Made by a program: the position numbers and the translations under genes. Below are positions 23,401 to 35,400 of a DNA stretch of 64,000 nt, piece by piece. Position 1 is the first letter of the stretch, and every line of letters starts with the position of its first letter. The DNA is from Asterias rubens (taxonomy: Eukaryota). The notes under the pieces were generated by a model. It was not told where the DNA came from, did not search any database, and was given only the letters and a program-made list of their open reading frames with translations. The stretch is from positions 10,292,001 through 10,356,000 of the forward strand of contig NC_047073.1 of NCBI RefSeq assembly GCF_902459465.1. Direction: 5' to 3'.

Positions 23401-26400
23401 TCTGTCAGGGCAAATACACTCCACTCCTGCTTGCAAATTAATACAAGTCACTCCAGGGCAAGGATCAGGCTGTGTTGTACCGCACCGATCTAGAACATTC
23501 TCTGTAGGAGTAGGTAGACAGACAGGTTTGGAGAGGGTTACAACGATAAAGGGGGGAAAATTTGCACTTTACGTGTGTGTTCCGAAAACTTGTGCCAATG
23601 CAAGGTTTTTTTTTCAAGCTTTTGTCAAGCTTCTGGAATCATCGTTTTCCTTTGAAAGTCTCAGCGACACAATGGAACACTGTCTTGACAAAGCACATAC
23701 AACAATGTTCTCATAAGGAGCGTCAAGACTTGCTGAGTGTCCCCTGAGATAATATGAGTAGGCACTCGCATAAACCACAGCACCTTGGGTGCTAAGTCAT
23801 TGCCAATAATCTGCCATGGTATGCCAGAGCTGAGTACAGCAACAGACAATGGTGGCAGCCTGTGGACTCTTATATCTCACAGAGAAGGAATAAAGGGATA
23901 TAACGAGCATAAACTCCAGTACATGATAGCAACAAACGAATATAACTAAGTGGATCCTTAAGTTAAGAAAGACTGAGGTAAATACATAGATTGTAAAAGA
24001 AGGCCAAAAGGTTGGAATCTACTGTGCAAGTAATTATCACATACCACATCCCATTTCGTCTTCATACTCAAGACAGTCCCCTGTAACGCCATCACACCGC
24101 TGGTGTTTATGTATGCATTTGCCATCGTTACACTGGAAACCCCAGTCACCGCATCCACCATCACAGTCGTCTTCATCAGACCCATCTTTACAATGCTTGT
24201 GTCTGTCACAGGTTTGGGAGAGCAATATGCATTCTCCACTCTCACGGCATTGGAAATCTCTACGTCTGCATCCTGTTTGAGGCTGGAAAAAAAAAAAAAT
24301 CTGGTTTGATTACCCGGGATTTGGGTTGAATTGGCCGTGAGTCCAGATAAATGTGACCGGGATCAGCTAGGATTCCGGTTGAATTAACCGTGATTCCGAT
24401 GGATTTATCGGGATTCCGGTTGGATTAACCAGGATTCCAGTTGGGTTAACTGGGATTCTGGTTGGATTAACAGGGATTCTGGTTGGAATTAACGGGATTC
24501 CGGTTGAATTAACCAGGATTCTGGTTGAAATAACCCAGATTCCATCCCATTGCATTTTTCCAAATCCGATCAAAATCCCGCCGAGATTCCCACTATCCGG
24601 GAATCCGCCCGGATCCCGCAGGGTTTCCGCAAAATTCTCTCGCAAGTTTTTCCTGGTGCGATCCGGCAAAATCTCACCGGAAATCCGTTACAATTTTTCT
24701 AAAGGGCAAACAAATCAACAAGACCAATTAAATGACTAAATACAAGTCTTCATTACTTCACAGCTGATTCCATCTTTAAGTAGGCGCCCTCCTTTTTCAC
24801 AGAGGCAGTACTTTCCATTCCAATCCAGAAGACTGCCCGGGGGGCATGCACAGATATAGTCGCTCAGTTTTGAGGGGGAGGGAAGGCAGATATGGGAACA
24901 GCCATGATTCAAACATCGGTTAGGGATTTCTGTAAAAAATGAACGAGAGAAAACAAAGAGGAAATATGCAGGAATGGTGGGTTTAGATATTAAAGGGAGG
25001 TACCAGTCTGAAGAAGAAGTTTCCATAGTCTAACAAACTATTTCCCTCATATTTATACACAGAATTTCCCCGTAAAATCCCCTAAAGAATTCCTGAGATG
25101 TAAAGCATACAATGAAGAGACAATTAGGGGGAGTGGGTATATATGCCCCATATCGTGCACCAAATGAAATATTCACTGAAATATTCGCGGAAAAGTCCTA
25201 CACAGTAAGCCCACTAGTAGACCGTATAAAAGTCTAGTAAGTAGTACAGTATACACTGTGGTGTTTTAGAAACTCCAAGCCTGTGTGGCCATTGGTAATT
25301 AATGCTTTGGTGAGATTCACCTTGGTGTCCTACAGACAAATACAAAAACCCAGCCTTGGGCATGCATACCTCCAATCTCGGAATGTTCCTTAACAGACAA
25401 AAAGAATGGCTGGACGTCTAGCGGAATTGAGTGCAGTATTTCTCCAGTAAACTTGTTGGCAATGCTTACTTTGTTCAACCTCCATTCATTCCAGAATACC
25501 AGGTGCTGTGAAAATCAGAATAACTTAGAGACACTTATCTTTTGTAGCTTGCAAAAACAACTTGTATCTATCTTAATTTAAGTTGTTAAAAGGCTTAATG
25601 CATATGATAACACTGGGTTAGAATCTAAGAGCAAGAAACAAGTTAGAATGCTCTGTCATAGCCTACAGAACAAGAGAGGGTTGTTCATTGGAAGTGTCAT
25701 GACCAGGGAACTTATGTCAGAATTAAGCAGCTTCAGCTGGAGGTACGACAGCTGGCTCCCTCATTAAAGGGTCTATCAATGTACTTTTTGTAGGACAAAA
25801 AACACAGTGGCTACAGATTTACACTAAACTTACACAGTTTGAAGATATTGATGGTAGAAAGCTTCCCTGAAAATATTACTCGCTGAGGTGCTATAGTTTT
25901 GAGAAATGAGTAAAACAATGTCATTAAAAAAAAATTCGTCTCGGTGATCATGAGACGAAAATTATTTTAGCATGTAAAAACGCATTTTCATGACATTGTT
26001 TTACTCATTTCTCAAAAACAACGGCACCTCAGCAACTAATATTTTAAGGTACGCTTTCTACTATCATTATCTTCAAATGGTGTAAGTTTAATGTAAATCT
26101 ATGGACATTGTGTTTTGTGTTACAAAAAGTACCCAAACCCTTTAACCGTGAAGAGTTTGGCTTTTGAAGCCACAGTGGTTGCCAAAGCCATCAATTAGAA
26201 AAAGACCAAACTAGATTTGTTTGACTGAACATTGATTGGTATTTTCTCATTACCTGGTGAACAGCAATACTGAAGGGGTGCTCCATATAAAGCGGCCTGT
26301 TCTGAATCAGAATACGTCTTCCGTCACCGTCGAACCCAACGTATTCCATTTTGTCCAGTTTACTATCCACCCAGTACACCCGTCTAGCTTGGAAATCGAG

Positions 26401-29400
26401 CGTCAGTCCATTTGGCCAGACAATGTCAGTGTGAACCAGTTTTATTGGATGGGAACCATCTAAACCTGCTTTGCCAATCATCGGGTTGCTTCCCCAGTCA
26501 GTCCAGTACAAATATCTGTCAGAAAATCATTAGTCAATACAAAGATGGTATAACTTCTCATTTACTTTGTACATCTTACATGTACAGCACTGGAAATGTT
26601 GGTATTACTTCATATTTATTTTGTACATCTTAGAGCAATGAAAATTTTGATAGAAAGTAACATAATGTTTCCAAACTGATAACATACGCTTCTTTTGGGT
26701 CCACTGCTAGACCTCTTGGTATTCCCAAATTCTTCAGGATTTTCTTTGACGGGAATTGGCCATTGTTACTGATAACTTCAATGGACGCAGGTTTTTTCTT
26801 GTTGACCCAGTACAGATTCTTGTTGACCCAGTCATACGCCAACCCCTCAGTGTCGTTTTCTGGCCTAGTAACCACGGTCCGGTTGGTCGCTATAATTGGC
26901 TGGCGAAAGGATCCTTCAGTGGTGTCGTACCTGAAAGAGGCAAAACGTGTACTTTACTGTCGGTCTTAAAGGCAGTGGACACTATTGGTAATTACTGAAT
27001 ATAATTATTAGCATAAAACCTTACTTGGTGACAAGTAATGGGGAGAGGTTGATGTTATAAAACATTGTGAGAAACGGCTCCCTCTAAAGTGACATAGTTT
27101 TCGAGAAAGAAGTAATTTTCCACAAATTTGATTTCAAGACCTCAGATTTAGAATTTGAGATCTCGAAATCAACCATCTAAACGCACAATACTTCGTGTGA
27201 TAAGGGTGTTTTTTCTTTCATTATTATCATGCAACTTCGACCACGAATTGAGCTCAAATTTTCACAGGTTTACTATTTTATGCATATGTTGAGATACACC
27301 AAGTGAGAAGACTGGTCTTTGACAATTACCAATAGTGTCCAGGGTCTTTAAATTTTGATTTTTGTGTGTGATGTGAAATGTTGAGTGATATTGTCCCCGT
27401 GGTTGCCTGTTATAAAGGAAAAAGTAAATTTTGTTGAACCAATGCAGCATTCTACAGCAGTTTGGGTGCTACAATACAGGAGGGTTACCTCCTCTGGTTG
27501 CATCCCCCCATTTGTACTTACTTAGTATTTATAACTTTATTTATTTACTTGTAACCAATATTCCTAGTACTTTTGTTGTTGTACAAATGGAAATAAAACA
27601 AACTACCAAACAAACAAACCAACAAATAAACAAATAAACTCATTCAATGTAATTGAAACCTACTCACACTTAAAGGGAAGGTACACGTTTGGTAATTACT
27701 CAAAACAAACAATAACTTAAAAACTGACTTGGTAACAAGCACTGGAGAGCTGTTGATAGTATAAATCATTGTGGGAAACAACTCTCTCTGAAGTAGCATA
27801 GTTTTTGAGAAAGGGGTAATTTCTCACTAAAACAATAAAAGACTTCTAGCTAGAAGTCTTTATTCTTTATCTGAAAGCACACAATTTCGTCCAACAAGGG
27901 TGTTTTTTCTTTCATCATTTTCTTGCAACTTCGATGACCAATTGAGCCCAAGTTTTCACAGGCTTGTTTTTTATGGTTTTAAGTTGAGATACACCAAGTG
28001 AGAAGACTGGTCTTTGACAATTACCAAACGCAAGGACATGCCTCGTCCATTCAATTCATTACATCCCATCTCAAGTTACCACTATCCCAGTCCGGCCTAT
28101 GTCAACCGCGACCACAAATCAAAGCTGTTTTGATCCAGCCGAACTCTACTTACTTCTAAACAATTCAATTCAATTCAATTCACTTTATTTCCAAATCCAA
28201 ACAAACTAACAAAACAATTTAGGAGTGAATAAAGAATTATGTTATGCAAGCAAATGGAATAATGATAATACATGAAGTAATACTATTATACAACATTTAC
28301 AAGCAAAGGCAAAATATAAACTACGGAAAACGAAACCTAAAACCAAAACAGCACAAGGCGATGGAGTGGGAGGGGGGCCCATAAAAAGCAAAGCTTGTCG
28401 AGTTATGGATCGACCCCCCTAACGAAAGCAATGAAGAAAAACCAAAACATCTCAATGAAACCCAATTTAACCCAGTCCAGCCCATCTCTCAAAACCATGT
28501 CTGTGTTTTTTTTCTCCAAACATTTAAATTTTACCAGAAGGAAGATATTTTGTACTCTACCTGTCTATTGTATCAACTTCGATATCACCGACAAACAGTG
28601 TACCATCGTCACCATACGATAAGCCGCGGAGGTTATTCCAAGGGCCCTGCACATCTTTAACCTCCAAATACAATGTATCAATCTCCAGAAGCAGGTGCTT
28701 GGCAGCTAACAACAACTGATCACAATAAAGAAAGTAGATATTGTTTGAAGCTTTGCATGGTGTGGAGACATAAGAAGAAACTATAAATAAATTGTAAACT
28801 TGCGGGTACAACCATGTGTAAATCTCTTAGGGTGAGCATTGGCTCTGAAAAGAGCCGGTTTGGCCTCAACGTTTCGACAGTGTACTCTGCTCGTCTTCTG
28901 CTCGTCTTCTTCTCCTGAAGACAAGCAGAGTATACTGTTTCGAAACATCGATACCCAACCAGCTGTTTTCAGAGCCAACACTCACCCTAAGAGATTTACA
29001 CATGGTTGTACCCGCAAGTTTACTATTTGTTTATAGTGTCTTCTTAACGAAAGTAAAGTAGACTTTAGTATAGTGCTATGCACACGGCAGCAATTTAACT
29101 GGGGTCCCTTGCTAAATTTTAACATGGTTGTAAACTGAAGCAATGTTTGACAAGATTTTGCATGAGAACTTGGACAGTACAATTGTTTTTTTTTTCGTCC
29201 TTTCACCTGAGGTACATCGTGTACAACCATGCTACAATTCAATTCAACCCTTGCTAAATTGCTCTCGTGTGAAAGGGGCTAAGGTCAGTAGTAGAAAAAG
29301 CACATTTTGATCCTTGCAAGAAAACAAATTGTTTGATGAGGAAGGGTCAAGGAGTTCAAAAGTAAGATGCTGAGATGGGCAGATTGATTTGGGGATATAA

Positions 29401-32400
29401 GTTGTCTTAAAGCCATTGGACACTTTCAGTAAATAGTATTGTCCAATGCCCACACTTCGTGTATCACAACTTATATATAAAATAACAAACCTGTGAAAAT
29501 TTAGGCTCAATTGGTCATCGGAGTCGGGAGAAAATAACGGGAAACCCACCCTTGTGTACGCATGTTTCGCTGTGTCATGACATGTGTTTAAAATAAATCC
29601 GTAATTCTCGATATCGAGAATTGATATTGTTTCAATGTTTTCTCAAAAAGTAAAACATTTCATGGAATAATATTTCAAGAGAAGTCTTTCACCATTACCT
29701 TCTGTAAACCCTGTAAGTTATTTGTAAATCTGTGAACTTTTAATTTTGTTTCTGTTCCGAAAGTGCGCAATGGCTTTAACGACCTACTGAGCAGATTGAT
29801 TATTGGTTATAGACAGTCTCATTAAAAAATAATCAGGCTTTGCTCAAATCAGCAGATATGGCAGTGTGGCAATATCTTTGTTCAGGGATGATGGTAAACA
29901 ATCGTACACTCCTGTAGCCGATTTCAAGTCCACTTTTGTAGCGTTTATGGAGTAAGTTGCACCATAAACGTTGCACAAGTGGACTTTACGCAGTTGCGTA
30001 AAGTTTTGTGAAATCAGCTGCAGCAGTATATAGAATGCAATCTTGTAAGGAATCGTGCCTGGGTTACAATTAACAACCTGGGAAGCAACAGAAGGGATCG
30101 CCATTTTCTTAGTAACCGCAACGGAACCTCTGGAGTGTGGCCGGGTACATCAGTTTTGAGTGAATAAAGAGCAGAATGTTTCTCTGTAAAAACAACAAAG
30201 TCTCTCATTTAAAATTAATTTATACTAAAACGGCCATTACCTTGGGTGATGTTGGGTAAGCAAACTGACATGTTCGATTGTCTTGCTGAAGAGCATAACT
30301 GTAAGGGCAAACACACTGTAGTCCTGCTTGCAAATTGACGCAAGTCACTCCTGGGCAGGGGTCAGGTTCTGTTGTACCGCACCGATCAGGAACATTCTCT
30401 GTACAGTTGAGTCATTGAGTGATTTTAGAGAGAGTTACAGCGATGTCGTGGACAAAATTTAAGCAAACTTTAGATACATTTATTTTATCATAATCGACTT
30501 TAACTACTTTACGATTGCATTCCCAAAAAAATTCTGTGCCAAGAAAGGTGTTAATGTTCTGAAATTTGTTAACTTCTTGTGTAAAAAAAATGAAACCCTT
30601 ACCAATGAAAAAGGAAAGCACTTGTGAGAAAATATTACGAGTCACTCTCCCTGAATCACAGAACCTTGGCTGTTGGCCATGGCTGATAATCTGGCATGGT
30701 ATGCTAGATCTCAGAACATTGGGCTTGCCTCTTAAAGGAACACGTTGCCTTGGATCAGAAGAGTTGGTCTTTGAAAAGCGTTTGTAACCTTTTGTTATAA
30801 AATGCACATGATTAGAAAGGTATTTTTAAAGTAGGTTATAATGATCCTTTTCTTTTACCTCATCGACTAACATGGTCGGCCATTTATGGGAGTCAAATTT
30901 TTGACTCCCATAAATGGCCGACCGTGTTAGTTTGCAAAGTAAAAGGAAAATCACGCAATTTCGAGGTAAATTTGTGTGGATCATTGTATTCTACTTTTAA
31001 AACATCTTTCTAACCATATGCATTTTATAACAAATGATTAGAAACGCTTTTCAAAGACCAACTCGACGTGTTTCTTTAAACTGAGTAACAGTGAGAGACA
31101 ATGGTGGCAGCCTGTTGATTTGTTTATGTATAACAGAGAATCAGAGAATCAGAGATTACACAACATTTTCCAGAAAACAGATATTGGGTGAGTTCGATTA
31201 GCTTCCCCGGGTCAACCCCAGTCTCCCCCGGTACGTTCAAATAGATTTAAATCATTCCAGGGGCTCACACCCGGGTCAGCCCCCAGTGCCCTGCTTGTGG
31301 AACGGGTCACTTGGGTCTGGCCCGAGGTGCATGATGTCACCACGAGAGGGCCAGTGTGATTGTTCGATTAGCTCTTGTCAGGGGCTCACCCGAAGTCGAC
31401 ACGGGGAAGCTAATCGAACCCACCCATTAAGAGCATGAATCCAGTACCTTCTCTCCCATTTGAAATGATGCATAGCATGCAGGATAAGTGCATGCCAGTG
31501 AATGACACATGTTAATTTATTTTTTGCCATCTGACTAACATTGACAAAATTTATTTAGGAGACATACGTCTTTTGGCGATAGTTATTTTTTTTAACTTTT
31601 ATGCTCTCCTGGGCACCCCACTGTTGTTTTACTTTGTTTTCTTAAATGTTTTTAATGTATGTACATGTGCTTGTAAATGTGATTGCCCGAATAAATATTA
31701 TTATATTATTAAATTATGAAGACTATAGTGGTTTCCCAAATGTAAGCAAGCCAAGGTAAATGGATAGATTGTGAAAAAGTGCAAAAGGCTGGAATCTACT
31801 TTGAACGTTTTTATAACGTACCACATCCAATTTCATCTTCATACTCGGGACAATCCCCTGTTTCCCCATCACAGCGTTGCCGTTTAGGTATGCAGTGGCC
31901 ATTATTACACTGATAACCCCAGTCACCGCATCCACCATCACAGTCGTCTTCATCAGACCCATCTTTACAATGCTGGCGTCCGTCGCATGCTGCGGAGAGC
32001 AAGATGCATTGTCCGCTCTCACGGCACTGGAACGCTCTACGACCACATTCTGATTGAGCCTGGAACAAAAATTCAGCAATACTTTTCTATAAGCTGATAA
32101 GCAATGAGTGTCCATTTATTACATTTCTGATGTTCCTCGACTTCAACCAAAAGTTTGAACTGATTCGTTGAGGTCTACACTCTTAGCCCAATTTTGTTAT
32201 GCATTGCCTGGGCCCAATTTCATAGAGCTACTTTAAAGCAGTAGCTAAGCATATTAAAATTATGCTAAGCAGAATAAGGTAACTGGACCATTTGTGACTG
32301 TGTCCTGCTTATTTTTGATATGCAGGAAATTGTTAACAATATTATGTGCAAACTTGGCTCCAGCTGTAGAGAGGACTGTGCTTTTTTCAATAGCAGAGTC

Positions 32401-35400
32401 TTTCTCAAAGGCTCTGCTCGAATGCTCTGCTAAGGTCGGAAAACGCAGGCCACTTACTTTTTTCCAAGCATTTTTACTATAAGTCCTTTTGGTTGGTAAG
32501 CAGTTTGCAACAGCTAAATACTATGTGTTTTCAAATACAAAAGTAATCAAATAAACAAAACATGTAGCCTACTAACAAGACAAGACAAAACAAGTCAAAA
32601 CATGTAGCCTACTAATCACACAGTTAAGACAATTTCTTTTTTTTTAAATTCTTATTTTAACAGGAAGACATCTACTCAATAATATAGTCTAACCTTGCAA
32701 CTAATCTCATCTGGTTGTAAAAGACTTCCGTCCTGGCAGACACAAGTGGAGTTATTGCTTCCAGTGAGGCGAGCCTTGTCTCCCGGACAGGAGCATCTAA
32801 ACCCAGCAGGATCCACTGATCTTGGGACCTCGAGGCAGATATGGGAGCAGATGTGTCCGGCTTCTTCACAGGCATTCGGCGCTAAAAGAAATTGTGAATG
32901 GTAAGTTTCAATGTTGTCGAAGTTGAAAGGAGTTTGGGTTCTATAAATGATGTCGTAATGATCTTTTCATTTCATTTCAGATGTCAACATCAATCAATAC
33001 ATTGTGATAATATTGTTCAGAAAACATATATTCATAAATACCTCAGACAGTTTCGCTATTCCTATTGGTGGAGAGCGCGTCACTTGAGTGTGTATAAACC
33101 TTTGTTTATGACCAATAAAAAGTGTTAATTCATGGGCATGACACGCGACCATGCACCTGTTCTTATAAGACAGTTTTCATTCCTATTGGTCAAGAGCAAC
33201 GGCTGCAACAGTTGTGCCACATCACGCGATACACGCGACGCGCACAGCATTCCCCTATAAGGAGTTGTTTACCCAAGGGCGGCGGCGGGCTTTACCATTT
33301 CATAGCTGGAGGGGTGTTTAGAAATCATTTAACAATTATAATTTTTGCATTTATTTTACTTTTTGACCAAAAAGTTATGATGTTTTTGACAAAAAAGGTA
33401 TTTATGAATGGGAATCAAAGTGTGTTGAATCGGTTTTCAACTTGTGGTTTAAACCCGCCGAGGCCTGGATCTTTATTAATTTACCTCGACTTCGTCTTCG
33501 GATTAAACCAGTAGTTGAAAACCTCTTCACCACACATTGATTCCCATAATAACTTGTACAAATGAAAACTTGATTCAGTTTATGAACAATAAATAGGTAA
33601 TAGTTTGACATTGACATGTAGGAAAAAGGAGAAGCAAATGCCTTTTTGTTCCCCTTCCCTAAAGACGAAGACAAAAATTAATAAACAAATAAGTACACAC
33701 AAAAAAAGGGACATGGACATTATGCATGAGTGAGACTGGGCAATAGATAAACAAATTAGGTGTATTCAAATAAAAGAGATATTAAAGGAACATTACAGAA
33801 TTGGTTTTGCTAGCAAAAAAGCTGCTGGCATTGTAAGCACTTTATGTAATCCACCATATACATAAACTTCGATAGTCTAGGTAACCTCTGTAGTCTAGTT
33901 GGTAAGACACTGCTCTAGAATTGCAAGGGTCGTGGGTTCGAATCCCACCCGAGTAAATATGCCTGTGATATTTTTTTCACATGACTCGGGGGGAAAGTAC
34001 TGAATATCACTGCTAACACACATCGGTGTATGGGTAAAAAAACAAAAAAGTGAATATTCTTTATCGATGATGCAAACTTAACATCTATTAAATTCTGGGC
34101 CAGTTGGTCTTGTGTTTTTTTCACCAAATTCGAGCTCTGCTTAGCAATTGATCGATCCAGTAGGCTCCGCCCACAACGCACGTGTGAGCAAAAACACGTG
34201 GGGCTCTCCAATGCCTTTCTGCACAACTCTGCCGTGCGCGCCAACAATACGCGCAAGCATGTCGGACCTTAGTGTCGGACCTTCGTTGCGTTGTGATTGG
34301 TCAATACGCAATGGGGCGGAGCTTAATGGATCGGTCTATTCTTGTATTCATACCTTCACACCTGACTCCATCCTTCATGAGCAATCCTCTATTCTCACAT
34401 AGGCAGCTTTCTCCATCGGATGCAAGCGTCGTACCCGTTGGGCAGGCACATACAAACCCCTGTTGGTTACTCAGGGACCTCAAGCATAGATGGGAACATG
34501 GATTACCAGCGCTTTCACAGACATTAGTTAACTCTGTGCGAGAATAAAGAGACAAATAATAATTTACAAATATTTGAAGCCAAATTTTAAAACACTCTAA
34601 AAACTAGAATTTCGTTTTTCTTTGTACATACCTGAATCAATGCAAATTTACCCTGTCAGTTTCCCTTGTGGTTTATTATTTGATCTAATAAATGGTCTTG
34701 CTTTTTGTAAGACACAAAACACAATATATTCACAGATTTACATTCAACTCGCATGGTTTGAAGATAAAGATGGTAGAAAGCTTCCCTTAAAATAGGAAAA
34801 CTGAGGTGCTGGAGTTTTTGAGGAATGAGCAAACCAAGTCATAAAAACATTTTTTTGTCTCAGTGAGACAAAAATTATTTAAGCATGTAAAACGTATTTA
34901 CCTGACATTGTTTCACTCATTTCTCAAAAACTACAGCACCTCCAAGTAATATTTGAAGGGAACCCTTCAACTATCATTATCTTCAAACTGTGTGAGCTTA
35001 ATGTAAATCTGCGGAAATTGTGTTTTGTGGCCTAAAAAAGTACCCCAATCCTTTAAATGAAAGTCTCATCCCTTTCGGTGATCTCCTTAAGGGGAACAAG
35101 ATGTTGGTAGAGCCCGGCCTGTTGATCAGAAGGTCGTTGGTTCAAAATCTTGCTCTAGTAAATAATTCCCCAAATCACTCATAAAACTTGATGATCATCT
35201 CTTCTCCTAAACTTCAGTGAATGTCAAAATAACAAACTTCAAAATCAAGGTTTGAGTCAAGACGTACCTGAAAGCGGAATCTGTTGGTCCATCAATGCCA
35301 AACCATTTGGATCAGTTATGTCGTCTAAAATGTCCTCCATTCGTTCTCCATTGTATTTATTTGCAGTTGACACTGCGTCAGTCTCCCAGTCAGTCCAGTA

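Noticed and set aside
24367-24669. Repetitive TGIPVNP ORF
   Set aside because: Translation of the 21-bp minisatellite; no splice support
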